A DNA stretch of 63,728 bases, filler included, from Chiloscyllium plagiosum (lineage: Eukaryota), in the NCBI RefSeq assembly GCF_004010195.1. It is 6 parts of one record of this genome, joined end to end, with 100 filler letters (N's around TTAATTAATTAA, not from the genome) between each part and the next. Parts side by side here need not be neighbours in the genome. Positions count along the whole stretch, not along the records: positions 31,462 to 49,048 come from NC_057711.1; positions 49,149 to 54,157 come from NC_057711.1; 4 more parts are not named here. The stretch is one strand, 5' to 3'. Below the pieces are notes generated by a model. The model worked only from the letters and a program-made list of their open reading frames with translations, made no database searches and had not been told where the DNA came from. Of this stretch, positions 37,997 to 50,879 are shown one piece after another. A program made the translations under genes and the position numbers. Within the stretch, counting starts at the first letter, position 1. Every line of letters begins with the position of its first letter.

Positions 37997-39104
37997 CATA
38001 AACCTACCAAGGAGCCAATGCCATCAGAAGAATGGAATGACTGCGAAGAACATTAACAAATAAAAATTTTCTGATCTTTTGACTCTATGTGACTGAGCAC
38101 AACCAGAGTTGTGGTTTGCAAAAGATTTTTTTTCCCTATGAGCCTGAAAACTATCTGAATGAATTCAGAGTGGTGTTGTGCTCACTGGATGAAAACCTAT
38201 TTACAGAATAAATACCTTTTGAATTTCTTTATCTGAGAATAATATTGAATTTTTAAGAAAACATTTTTGAAGGAAGTCTTGTCATAGGTTTGACAATTTA
38301 TCCAGAGGTTTCAGCTAACACACCACAAACCAAAAGACTGAAGCTCAACTAGTTCATAGCCATTGAAATGCAGCTGCAAGATCAATAATTTTATTTCCAT
38401 AATATAATGTAAAATGGATAATACATTTGCAGCAAGATATTTGCTGCCTTTTTGAAATTGTGATTGTTTCACAGAAATACATTCCTTTAGTGAGAATGAT
38501 ACTTCTGAAGTACCAAACTTTACTTGCACCAAGCATGTGCATTGTCTCAGGATGTTGTCCATTACATCACAGGTTATATCATGCCCTGGCCAAATGTGAT
38601 CCTGCTAACATTAACAACTATCTATTTTCAATAACGCCTAGTTCTATCACCATTAAATAAGACAAACATGCATAGTACCTTCCAAAATCTTAAGATGCTC
38701 CGAGGCAGTTTACAAACAATGAACAAACAACAGTGGCCCCAAAACACATTCTTGCGATACATCACTAGTAACTAAACTCCAGGAGTTTCCCATCAACCAC
38801 CCCCCTCTGTCCTCTTTTAGCTAGCCAATTTCTGATCCAAACCGCTAAATCATCCTCAATCCCATGCCTCTGTATTTTGTACAATAGCCTACCGTGAGGA
38901 ACCTTATCAAATGCCTTACTGAAATCTATATACACCACATCAACTGCTTTATCCTCATCCACTTATTCGGTCACCTTCTCAAAGAACTCAGTAAGGTTTG
39001 TGAGGCATGACCTACCCTTCACAAAACCGTGTTGACGATCCCCAATCAACTTATTCCTTTCTAGATGATTATAAATCCTATCTTTATAACCTTTTGCAAC
39101 ACCT

Positions 39105-40561
39105 CTGTGGGAAGCTAAGGAAATTATTACTGCCTCTTGCTGAGATATTTGTATCATCGATAGTCACAGGTGAGGTGCCGGAAGGCTGGAAATTGGCTAA
39201 CATGATGCCACTGTTTAGGAAGGGCAGTAAGCACGATTCAGGAAACTATAGACCAGTGAGCCTGATTCTGGTGGTGGGCAAGTTGTTGGAGGGAATCCTG
39301 AGGGACAGGATGTACATGCATTTGGAAAGGCAAGGACTGATTAGGGATAGTCAGTCATAGGGATGGTTTGCACCTGGGAAATCATATCTCATAAACTTGT
39401 TTGAATTTTTGAAGAAATAACAAAGAGGATTGATGAGGGCAGAATAGTGGACATGATCTATATGGACTTCAGTAAGGCATTTGACAAGGTTCCCCATAGG
39501 AGACTGGTTAGCAAGGTTAGATCTCATAGAATATAGGGAGAACTAGCCATTTGGATAAAGAACTGGCTCATAGGTAGAAGACAGAGAGTGGTGCTGGAGG
39601 GTTGTTTTTCAGACTGGAGGCCTGTGACCAGTGGAGTGCCACAATGCTCGTTGTTGGGTACACTATTTTTAATCATTCATATAAATGATTTGGATGTGAA
39701 TATAAGAGGTATAATTAGTTAGTTTGCAGATGACACCAAATTTGGGGGTGTAGTGGACAACGAAGAAGGTTACCTCGGATCACAATAAGATCTTGATCAG
39801 ATGAGCCAATGGGTCTAGAAGTGGCAGATGGAGTATAATGTAGATCAATGTGAGGTGCTTCATTTTGGGATAGCAAATCAGAGTAGGACTTATACACTTA
39901 ATGGTAAGGTCCTAGGGAAAGTTGCTGAATAAAGAGACCTTGAAGTGCAGGTTCATAGCTCCTTGAAAGTAGAGTCACAGGTAGATACGATAGTGAAGAA
40001 GGCATTTGGTATGCTTTCCTTTATTGGTCAGAGTATTGAGTACAGGAGTTGGGAGGTTATGTTACAGTTGTACAGGATGTTGGTTAGGCCACTTTTGGAA
40101 TAATGCGTGAAGTTCTGGTCTCCTTCCTATCGGAGGAATATTGAGAAACTTGAAAGGGTTTAGAAAAGATTTACCAGGATGTTGCCAGGGTTGGAAGATT
40201 TGAGCTATAGGGAGAGGTTGACTATGCTAGGGCTGTTTTCCTTGGTGTATCGGAGGCCAAAGGATGACCTTATAGAGATGTATAAAATTATGAGGGGTAT
40301 GGTTAAGGTAAATAGACAAAGAGACCTAAGGGACAACTTTTTCACACAATGGGTGGTGCGTGTGTGGAATGGACTGCCAGAGGAAGTGATGGAGGCTAGT
40401 ACAATTGCAACATTTAAAAGGCATCTGGATGGGTATATGCATGAGAAGGTATGGATGGGGTGCTGGAAGGTGAGACAAGATTGGTTTGAGATATCTGGTT
40501 GGCATGGGTGAGTTGGACCGAAGGTTCTGTTTCAGTGCTGTACATCTCTATGACTCTATGA
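39105..40561 (+). mobile_element. 5'-truncated CR1 inserted in CR1
   Basis: NYRPVSL, MDFSKAFDKVPH and FADDTK motifs; internal deletion at about 40320; (CTATGACT)n tail. Confidence 0.92.
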
Positions 40562-40624
40562 TTTTAACCACAACCAAAGTAAGTCTCGCTGGTCTATAAT
40601 CGCCAGGGTTGTCTCCACTTCACT

Positions 40625-41175
40625 TAGTCATAGAGTCATAGAGATGTACAGCATGGAAACAGACCCTTAGGTCCAACCTGTCCATGCCGATCAGATATCC
40701 CAACCCAATCTAGTCCCACCTGCCATCACCTGACCCATATCCCTCCAAACCCTTCCTATTCATATACCCATCCAAATGCCTCTTAAATGTTGCAATTGTA
40801 CCAGCCTCCACCACATCCTCTGGCAGCTCATTCCAATTCCGTACCACCCTCTGAGTAAAAACGTTGCCCCGTAGGTCTCTTTTATATATTTCCCCTCTCA
40901 CCCTAAACCTATGCCCTCTAGTTCTGGACTCCCCAACCTTAGGGAAAAGACTTTGTCAATTTATCCTATCCATGCCCCTCATAATTTTGTAAACCTCTAT
41001 TAGGTCACCCCTCAGCCTCCGATGATCCAGGGAAAACAGCCCCAGCCTGTTCAGCCTCTCCCTGTAGCTCAGATCTTCCAACCCTGGCAATATCCTTGTA
41101 AATCTTTTCTGAACCCTTTCAAGTTTCACAACATCTTTCCGATAGGAAGGAGACCAGAATTGCACGCAATATTCA
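40625..41175 (-). mobile_element. 5'-truncated CR1 inserted in CR1
   Basis: (AGTCATAG)n tail at 40626; EYCVQFWSPSYRKD. Confidence 0.92.
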
Positions 41176-42083
41176 GAGGACATTTGCTATCCTCCAGTCT
41201 TCAGGCACTATTCCTGTAGACAATAACATCATAAAGATCAAAACCAAAGGCTCTGCAATCTCCTCCCTGTCTTCCCAGAGAATCCTAGGATAAATGCCAT
41301 CTGGCCCAGGGGACTTATTTTCCCACTTTTCAGAATTGCTAACACCTCCTCCTTGTGAACCTCAATCCTGTCCAGTCTAGTAGCCTGTGTCTCAGTATTC
41401 TTCTCGACAACATTGTCTTTTTCTAGTGTGAATACTGATGAAAAATATTCATTTTGTTTTTCTTCTATCTCCTTGGACTCTACGCACAACTTCCCATACT
41501 GTCCACTGTCCTTGATTGGCCCTAATCTTACTCTAGTCTTACTCAGCCTAGACTTTTCAGTTTAAATTACTTGTTTGACATGAGAAGCCATAATCCTTCT
41601 GTTCTTGGGACAAAAACACAATATAGTGATTTGGCCAACATCTATGTTGTCTAACTGTCACACTGAGCGGTAAAGATAATCAGAACCTTCCAAACTTTCT
41701 GATCATAGCAACAGTGGATAATGACCTCGTTGTTGGAATATGAGTTAAACCAATTTTTAATGTTGCCTCATTTCCTTTGCTGTTGACTTCTTGTACTTTC
41801 CATTAATTTGTCCAAGGTGATTCGGCACCATTGGTCATTCTACATGGACCACACGATCAAAGGATTCTATTATTTGAGAGTTCTCTGTTAGTTTCTTCTG
41901 CTTCATTCAGTAGTTGTTTTCTAAACTTTGCTTCCCTTTACGATCCTACTCTGAGTTTACCTAATTTTAAAAGATGTTGGCTCACTGACTGAAGCTAACA
42001 GCCAGTGGATTTACCAGAATAAACCTTAATGAAAGTATAGCAACATCTTAATCTCTGCTTGTTTAGGTATCATGTTCTGAAGA

Positions 42084-42207
42084 GGTAAAAACCATGACTG
42101 CAGATGCTGGAAACCAGATTCTGGATTAGTGGTGCCGGAAGAACACAGCAGTTCAGGCAGCATCCGAGGAGCTTCAAAATCGACGTTTCGGGCAAAAGCC
42201 CTTCATC
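42084..42207 (-). mobile_element. 124-bp PLE family A pLTR-end insertion
   Basis: Perfect 15-bp TSD atcatgttctgaaga (42069-42083 and 42208-42222); contains TGATGA-AGGGC-TTTT-GCCC-GAAAC-GTC. Confidence 0.9.
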
Positions 42208-43782
42208 ATCATGTTCTGAAGACCTATTGGTGGCTACAGATGTCTCTGTTGGTCAATGACTAAACTTGTCAATATCCTGCAGTTACCTTCTGCAGGAGCT
42301 GAGCAGGGACATCTCTCATTTTCACTGCCTGCTGTTAGTGTCTGCAGATAGCATTGGCTGTCGATAATGAATGTTTGTTTGAAGAGATGGTGCAGAAACG
42401 ATGGGTTAAATGTCCTTCCAGACATGACACTTTTGCAACATGGTTTCGCTAGATTAATGCTTGAGATGTTTTAATTAGATTGGTTTCAAGAATCTTTCTG
42501 AATCTTACAATGAGACTATTTAAAGAAATTGATAGATGATTTCTAGTTTTTTTTTAGACTCTGCAGCTGCTGGGTTGTTATTTTAGTGCTGGCAATGGTG
42601 TATAGCTGGTCAAACGTAGGCAGGGCTCAAACCTGCATGACAACCGGTGAGAGAGAGAGCAACCGCTCACCTGATGTCTTTCTTTTTCTGCATCTCTTAT
42701 TCGTATTTAATTGCTGGATTAGCTGATTACTTTTTAAAACAACCAAAGGGTCTCATCGGCTTATCATATGTTGACTTTCCATTAACTGACCATTTCTCCA
42801 CCATAGACTTATAGCATGTTAAATTCCAGGTTCATGGTTTAGGTATAATTAGACTATGGCTGGAAGAGTTCCCTTCTTATCCAGGGTCCATTTTCCATAG
42901 TCATTGTGCCTTATGACTTGTTCTCTACCTAGCTGAATGTTTGGATAATTAGTGAATCAAGCAGGTTCTTCTAGACTCTGTCTTAATGGCTTTGGAATTT
43001 GTAGCTGATAGTGATGCAAATGTTCAGCCTGTGCTTCTGCTTCAAGTCGCTGCAGTGCTGTTGTTTTGTCTTCTAAACCTCACATAATGGTTTCAGTCCA
43101 ATAAATGAACACATGTTTTTAGTATAAACGATTGTTTTCTAACATTCTGAACACCTCATTGGTCTCTGATCTGTGTATTAGATTATTTTCTTCAAACTGT
43201 ATTGTTTCCATAGCCAGAAATATCCCCGTGTAACATGGTGACAGAGTTATGCCAAGAATCTTGTATTTATTAAGCCACGGTAAAAGGGTGACCAGATCCC
43301 TGTCTGTTTATGACTCGGCCCATGCTCTACATAAACTTGTAATGGGGTTGCAACCTATGTCAGACCTTCCTGCTTTATTTATTTTAGATTATGAAGAACA
43401 GGCCCGTCCATAATCGAGGTGACTGTTCCATGAAGAAAATTAGTAAATTCAATCTGCAGACCCACTCAGTGAATTATTGGGATGTATGACTCAATGACAT
43501 AAGTTACATCTTGTGCAGTTGTCTTTAAGCTACACAGTGTGTAGGATAAATCAAAGTAAATGACCTAGTGGTAGTCATTTGCTGAATAATAATTCACTGC
43601 AGTGTCAGCTTATTTTACCTACTGGCTGCTCATCCTTGTACAATTTGTACTCCATTTATTTTTTCACCAGATAATTTCCTTTCTATATAGTGAAAACTCT
43701 GCTTATTTCCATTTCCTCAAAAACAAAATGTGGCAAATAAATTGACCTGTGAAACCTTGAGAAAATGCTTCTAGAAACAGGG

Positions 43783-43953
43783 TTAAAAATCACACAACAC
43801 CAGGTTATAATCCAACAGGTTTATTTGGAAGCATAAGCTGTTAGAGCACTGCTCTGATTGCTCCAAAAGCTAGTGCTTCCAACGTGGTATTATAACGTGG
43901 TATTGTGTGATTTTTAATTTTTCACATCCCAGTTCAACACCAGCACCTCCAAA
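43783..43953. mobile_element. 171-bp PLE family C fold-back insertion
   Basis: Perfect 13-bp TSD tctagaaacaggg (43770-43782 and 43954-43966); arms aaaaatcacacaacacc and ggtattgtgtgattttt. Confidence 0.85.
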
Positions 43954-44167
43954 TCTAGAAACAGGGGTTGACATATGCACTGAGTAGAAAGGTGAGCTGC
44001 TGGCATGGATGTGGATGATTCCCATCTATGGTATTCATTATTTTGGGTCTAGTCTATGTGAACATGTCTTAAACGCCTATGCATCTTCCCAGCATAATCT
44101 GTATCACCTGCTTGATTTCTTGTACCCAGTTATACTGTACCAGTACTAGCAAGTAAAGCATGCATTT

Positions 44168-44490
44168 CATAGACTCATTACAGTGGGGAAGCAGGCCATT
44201 CAGCCCATCAGTTCACACTGAACTTTCAAAGAGCATCCCACTAGACCCGCCCCCATAACTCTGCATTTCCCATGCCTTCCCCAGCTAGCCTGCCCATCCT
44301 TGGACACTATGGACAAATTTGTATGGCCAAACCACTTAATCTGCAAGTCTCTGGACTTTGGGAGGAAACCAGAGCAGCTGGAGGAAACTCACAAGGAAAC
44401 CCACAGACAGTCATCCAAGGCTTGACTCAAACCCAGGTCGCTGGCACTGTGAGGCAGCAGTGCTAACCACTGAGCCATTATGCTACCCAT
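44168..44490 (-). mobile_element. HE1-like V-SINE
   Basis: Minus strand tggctcagtggttagcactgctgcctcacagtgccagcgacctgggtttgagt (A/B-box-like), then a V-domain. Confidence 0.8.
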
Positions 44491-45389
44491 TTCTGGGATG
44501 AAAATTTGAACTGACTACAAATGTGAATGTCACATGTAGTGTTGAGATGAGAGGTCAATTTATATGCTAAGCTAATGAAACATACTAATTTTGGGCAGAA
44601 GCTGATCATTCAGCCATTTGAGCACATTCTGCACTTGATAAAATAATTGCTGTTTGAATTGCTGGCTCAACTCTACGCTCCTGCCTACCACAATAAACTT
44701 TCACTGTCTTGTTAGTAAAAAAAATGTACTTCTGTGATAAAAATATTTAATGAGTTACTTTCCAGTGCAAAACAAAACGATTTTTTGCGCTGAGAAAATG
44801 GGGTAGTCTTATGTGCTGGGCCCATATTACATGCTGCAATCTGCAGCAATTTTACAGGAATCTGTATTTTTACCACTTCGTTCTCAACCATGGTTTCACC
44901 TCCAACACCATTTCCTGGAAACATAAACACTCTATTCAGCCCATCAAGCTATTTCTGCTCTTTAGTGGCTGATCATCCACCTCAATGCCACTTTGCTACC
45001 CTACTTCCATAGCCCCTTATGCCATTAATCCCCACCTATCTATCCTTATATATTGTGAAGCTGTTCTTTGATTGACCTTCAACAGCCCCTGTGGCAGAGA
45101 CATCCAACAGATTCTGCACCCTCTTAAATTTTTCTGTAGTTCTGTCTATCCATTATTTTAAGATTATGATCCTTGAATTTTCTCCAGCCAGGGAAAACAT
45201 CTTACCTGCCTCTACTATCATGCCATGCAAGAACTTTGCAAGTTTCATATTTTTCGAGACTCTGATGGGAACCTGAGAGGAAGATCAGATTGGAGGGAAG
45301 AAAAAGTGGTAATAGGAAGTAGAAAGGTAAAAAGCAAAGCTAGAAGACAAAGCAAAGGCAAGCATCAAGTCAGATCAGTGCACTGTAAT

Positions 45390-46065
45390 ATTAAAATGGC
45401 ATAATTAAAGGCATTGTCTCTGAATGCACATAGCAATTGCAACAAAGTTGATGATTTGGAAGCACACGTTGAGATAAATTGCTATGATTTAATTGCCTTT
45501 GCAGAAATATGAGTACAGGGTAACCAAAATTTGGAACTGAATAGCCAAAGGTATTTGTCATTCAGGAAGAATATGTAATTCAAAACAGAAGTGGTGCTGC
45601 ATGCTTTACAAGTGAAGATATCAGTACATTATTGAGAACAGGTCTTAGATTGAAGGATTGAGACAAAAAATTAGTTTAGTAAACATAAGAAACAGCATGG
45701 GGCAGCAAACATTGGTGTGAGTTATTTATAGGCCACCTAACAGTAATGTGTAAGTATATGTGTAATATGGATAACACAGTAATAATGGGCAATTTTAATT
45801 TACACAGACTGGGTTAACCAGCCCAACGTTAATGCCATTGAGGATTGGTTTCTGCAGCAGTACTTTGAAGAACCAATTAGGGATCAGACTATTTTGGATT
45901 TGGGGTTATGCAATGAGAAAGGGCTAGACAACAACTGATTAGGATCTTTCGGAAAATAGAGAGGGTAGTGGGGTAGAATTTCACCTCAAGTTTGAATGTG
46001 CTTTACTTCATGATGAAACCAAGGTCTTAAACCAGAACAAAGGAAACTATGGAGGTGTGAGAAGT
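45390..46065 (+). mobile_element. Highly decayed CR1 endonuclease fragment
   Basis: LKALSLNAHSNCNKVDDL, YRPPNS and IMGNFNL remnants. Confidence 0.7.
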
Positions 46066-46067
46066 AA

Positions 46068-48535
46068 GTTGATTTAACTTGATTTCACTTGATTTTTTTG
46101 TTGTCACATATACTGGGATACAGTGAAATGTGTTGTTTTGCGTGCTGTACTGGCAGACAGTTGAACTGAATTGAATTGAATTTATTGTCACGTGTACTGA
46201 GGCACAGTGAAAAGCTTTGTCTTACGAGCAATACAGACAGATCACACAGTTAAGTAGTATAGACAAGTAAATAATAGGTGAACAGCGGCAAAAATAAAAA
46301 CACAGGTACAGGCGAATGTTAAGAGTTTGTGAGTCCATTCAGTATTCTAACAACAGTAGGGTAGAAACTGTTTCAAAACCAGCTTGTGCGTGAGTTCAGG
46401 CTTCTGTACCTTCTCCCCGATGGAAGAGGTTATAGAAAAACATTGCCAGGCTGGGATGGATCTTTGAGAATGCCAGCAGCATTTTCTTGACAGCGGGCCT
46501 GGTAGATGGATTTTATAGTTGGGAGGTTGACCTTTGTGATTGTCCGGGCTGAGTTCACCACTCTCTGCAACCGTCTCCGATCTTGAATAGTATAGTTGCC
46601 ATACCAGGTAGTGATGCATCCAAACAGAGTGCTCGCGATGGCACACCTATAAAAGTTGGCAAGGGTATTCTCCATCATGCCAAATTTCCTCAGCTGCCTG
46701 AGGAAGAAGAGACGTTGTTGGGCCTTTGTGTGTACTGAGGCACAGTGAAAAGCTTTGTCTTGCGAGCAATACAGGCAGATCACACAGTTAAGTAGTATAG
46801 ACAAGTAAATAATAGGTGAACAGCGGCAAAAGTAAAAACACAGGTACAGGCGAATGTTAAGAGTTTTGTGAGTCCATTCAGTATTCTAACAACAGTAGGG
46901 TAGAAACTGTTTCAAAACCAGCTGGTGCGTGAGCTCAGGCTTCTGTACCTTCTCCCCGATGGAAGAGGTTATAGAAAAACATTGCCAGGGTGGGATGGAT
47001 CTTTGAGAATGCCAGCAGCATTTTCTTGACAGCGGGCCTGGTAGATAGATTTTATAGTTGGGAGGTTGACCTTTGTGATTGTCCGGGCTGAGTTCACCAC
47101 TCTCTGCAACCATCTCCGATCTTGAATAATATAGTTGCCATACCAGGTAGTGATGCATCCAAACAGAGTGCTCGCGATGGCACACCTATAAAAGTTGGCA
47201 AGGGTATTCTCCATCATGGAAGAGAAAGTGAGGTCTGCAGATGCTGGAGATCAAAGTTGAAACTTTATTGCTGGAACAGCACAGCAGGTCAGGCAGCATC
47301 CAGGGAACAGGAGATTCGACGTTTCGGAAGGGCCTGTGCCCGAAACGTCGAATCTCCTGTTCCCTGGATGCTGCCTGACCTGCTGTGCTGTTCCAGCAAT
47401 AAAGTTTCAACTATTCTCCATCATGCCAAATTTCCTCAGCTGCCTGAGGAAGAAGAGACGTTGTTGGGCCTTTGTAAATAGTGGGTCCACACAAACAGTC
47501 CAAAAAAGCTTGTTGTAGATGACTACTCCCAGGAGCTTGACACTCTCCACTCTTTCCACCTCCGTGCTGTTAATGTGTAGTGGGCATGAGTAACATCCTG
47601 CTGAAAGTCAATACTGAATTCCTTGGTTTTGCCAGCATTGAGAGCTAGGTTGTTCTCAGTGCACCATTTTTCCAGATCTTCCATCTCTCGTCTGTAGTCT
47701 GTTTTGTTGCCATCTGAGGTTCAACCGACTATGGTGGTGTCATCAACGAACTTGTAAATGACATTAGTCAGGTATTTGGCTATACAGTCATGAGTACACA
47801 CTGAGTACAGTAGGGGGCTGAATACACACTCCGGGGGGCTGCAGTGTTGACTGTTAGTGAGGATGAAATATTGTCCCCAATCTTCACTGATTGTGGCCTG
47901 TAGGTCAGGAAACTGAGGATCCAGTTGCAAAAAGTGGGGCTTAGTCTGAGATCACTAATCAGTCCCGAGGGGATAATAGTTTTAAGGCTGAACTGTAGTC
48001 AATGAGTAGGATTCTCATGGTGGCTGTTCTTGGTGTCAAGGTGTTCCAGGGAGGAGTGAAGGTCAAGTGATATGACATCTGACGTAGATCTGTTGGTCTA
48101 ATACACAAATTAGAGTGGGTCAAGAATAGTGGGGAGACCTGGAGTTGATTAATGCCATGACCAGCCTTTCAAAGCACTTCATGCCACCGAAGTTTGGGCC
48201 ACTGAACGGTAGTCATTGAGACATGCTGCATGAGCCTTCTTAGGTACAGGGATGATGTTGGTCCTTTTGAAACAGGCAGGAACAGTGGCCTGCTGCAGGG
48301 AGAGGTCAAAGATGTCTGTGAAGACTTTGGCCAGTTGATCTGCGCATTCTCTGAGTGCACGGCCTGGTACTCCGTCTGGTACCATCACTTTCCTTGGATT
48401 CACATGAAGGAAAACTGATCTGACCTCTGATGCAGTGACTGTTGGGATAGGTTTGTTAGTATTTGTCATAATAGGTGTTACCTCTCTGCCAAAATTCTGC
48501 GCAAAGCAAGCATAAAAGGTGTTCAGATGATCTGA
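46068..48535 (-). mobile_element. Rex1/Babar-type LINE (5'-truncated) with internal tandem duplication
   Basis: PDGVPGRALRECADQLAKVFTDIF..SL....VPACFK..IIPVPKK...LNDYR; KFVDDTTIVG; KAQQRLFFLRQLRKF; (TTCAA)n tail at about 46160-46182. Confidence 0.85.
47219..47411. mobile_element. 193-bp PLE family A perfect-hairpin insertion
   Basis: 72-bp perfect inverted arms (47256-47327 and 47340-47411), 12-nt loop, 14-bp TSD tattctccatcatg (47205-47218 and 47412-47425). Confidence 0.95.
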
Positions 48536-48539
48536 GTGG

Positions 48540-48862
48540 TGTTGGACTTTGGCTCAATCTACAAACTTACTTTCTTCTATGTGTGGGCCAAGTCCTGCGT
48601 GTTCTTTTAAATGAAGCAATAGGAGAAGATATTCGGTCTCACACTCTTAATTTATTTTACACAGTAAGTGAACAAAGCATTCAGAGCTCTGGGTCTAAAC
48701 CTCTTTGTCCCTGACAAACTACAAAGTGTATCAGTTCAAAAAGTAAGACCTAGTTTTGTCCCTGCCCCAGTCTTTTATACAATAAAAAACGTCATATAAA
48801 CACTGAGGTAGAATTATCTTCTGATTGGGTGTTAGTCTGACTCCTTTCCCCACCTTCTTACA
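48540..48862 (-). mobile_element. Candidate LTR
   Basis: TG...CA ends. The minus strand has CCAATCAG, then TTTATAT about 25 nt later, then AATAAA. A GC-rich tandem repeat lies just inside. Confidence 0.5.
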
Positions 48863-48894
48863 TTCCTAGCTGTCCGACCCCATGTGACCTTCTT

Positions 48895-49048
48895 TTGCCC
48901 GCGAAATGGGGCATCACGTGGCCTCCTCGACCCACCTCCGAGGCGCGAAATGGGACGTCACATGATCTCCCGCGCTCTTCCGGAGCGCGAAACGGGATGT
49001 CACGTGACCGCCCCGCACTCTTCCGGGTGCGAGACGGGGACGCCACGT
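48895..49048. repeat. 42-44 bp GC-rich tandem repeat running into a gap
   Basis: gcgaaa(t/c)ggg...tcac(g/a)tg units at 48901, 48945, 48987 and 49029. Confidence 0.85.
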
Positions 49049-49148
49049 NNNNNNNNNNNNNNNNNNNNNNNNNNNNNNNNNNNNNNNNNNNNTTAATTAA
49101 TTAANNNNNNNNNNNNNNNNNNNNNNNNNNNNNNNNNNNNNNNNNNNN

Positions 49149-49785
49149 CGAGTTGGCGTCTGGCTTCAGCGGTGTAGAGGTCAGTGCACCAGACTACCAC
49201 TGCACCCCATTTATCTGCTGGTTTGATGGTGAGGTCGGGATTGGAGCAGAGGGTGTGGAGCGCTGTGCGTTGTGAGGGTGAGAGTTTGGAGTGGGGGAGG
49301 GGAGTAGACAGTTTGAGGCGGTTAATGTCCTGGCGCCAGTCAGAAATGAAGAGGTCGAGGGCAGGTAATAGGCCAGCACGGGGTGTCCAGGTGGATGCAG
49401 TGTGTTGGAGGTGGGCGATGGGGTCCTCAGAAGGTGGGCGGGAGTCCTGATTGTGAAAGTAAGCTCAGAGGCGGAGGCGACGGAAGAATTGTTCGACGTC
49501 ACGGCATGTATTAAATTCATTGATGTGTGGCGGAGGGCGATGAAGGTGAGTCCTTTGCTGAGGACTGATCGTTCGTCCTCAGTGAGGGGGAGATCTGGAG
49601 AGATGGTGAATACTCGGCAGAGCTGGGAGCTGGGATCTGGTGTGGGTGTGGAGCTGGGAATGGGGGCGGAGCCTATAACTGGAGTAGGTGTGGTGAAAGG
49701 AGGAATGGGGTGAGAGTCATGAGCAGGGGTAGTGTTCCCCTCAGGGTTCTGGGGGGTAGAGATGGTGACAGTGGGATCTGCTGAC
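49149..49785 (-). mobile_element. PLE ORF fragment upstream of RT
   Basis: Minus strand SQLCRVFTISPDLPLTEDERSVLSKGLTFIAL, homologous to 51100-51200 (PLTEAERSILSK.FTLVPL). Confidence 0.8.
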
Positions 49786-50879
49786 AGAATATAGGAACTC
49801 TGACCTCAAGAGAATGGTCAGTTTTTTGGACTTTAGCATGATTTAAGAAAATTGGTTCTTAACCAGTTTAAAATGTCACAGAAAAAAGATGTGGAATAAA
49901 CTGGCTACAAAATGGGGCAGATGTGATTAAATCAGTTAAGGGGAAGTTGGATAAACACACAGAGACAGGAATCGATGGATGTCTTTCCAATGAGAAATCT
50001 AGCAGCAACGTCTTCATTGAGGAAGTGGTTAGAATGTGGAATAAATTGGCTACAAAATGAAACAGATATGATCAAATCAATTAGGGGAAAGTTGGATAAT
50101 CATGCTGAGAAGGAAATAGATGGCTATCTTTAAAGGGTTAGATGAAGTTGGTAATAATAAAGCTGAATGGAGCATTAATGTCTCCATGCATCTGTGGATT
50201 CAAGTGACAGTTTCTGTACTTCACATTCAATGTGATCAATACAGATTGCTTGCTGTTGGATTCTGGAGCTCTTTCTTCCCAGCAGGCATTTTGAATAAGC
50301 AAAAGGTTTATACTGGAGTTGGACACTGATACAGTATACAGGCTATTAAGATAAGCATAAAAGCAAGGAATCAAGTCCACACATTACCATTTTTTTGTAA
50401 CTTAAATTTGCTAACACCTAACTATGGGTGTGCACAAAGAGTTGTTAGTTTACAATTCCAAGGACTATTCTTTGGAATTCCTTTTTGGTCTTCCAGCCTC
50501 CGGCTTCAGCCAGAAATCCACATTACACCCCCCAATATCTCCATTCATATAGCCAGTTTGGGCTTTTAATGTACATCTGCAAAATCATGCTGGTGGAGTT
50601 ACAACAATTCAGAAGATTTTCAGTGTATTGTTTCTGAGTTACATCGATTTGATCCTCAGTTGGACTTATGACTTCATTTTCTGTCCATCACAATCACATA
50701 CGATTTGAAAAGGTTATTATCTAGAAGACTGAGATTAGCACCATTCACTAAGTTGATATCAAACAGAGACATCTGGTCAAACTGAGACAGACAGTGGAGG
50801 GATCTGAATGGCAGCATGGATAAAAGTACACACAAAACTTCTCTGGGATCAACCTGGCACCATTAACCAAGCAAATGCT

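Larger units (their letters stand above)
38725..41540 (-). mobile_element. Older minus-strand CR1 fragment split into three pieces (38725-39105, 40562-40620, 41176-41540)
   Basis: The pieces join into continuous RT sequence once the two inserts are removed. Confidence 0.8.

Noticed and set aside
42640..43120. Possible decayed coding relic on the minus strand
   Set aside because: Many stops and no motif I can name with confidence.
44405..44490. tRNA-like sequence (also near 23960-24025, 30430-30500 and 54880-54952)
   Set aside because: These are SINE heads followed by a V-domain and LINE-like tail, not tRNA genes.
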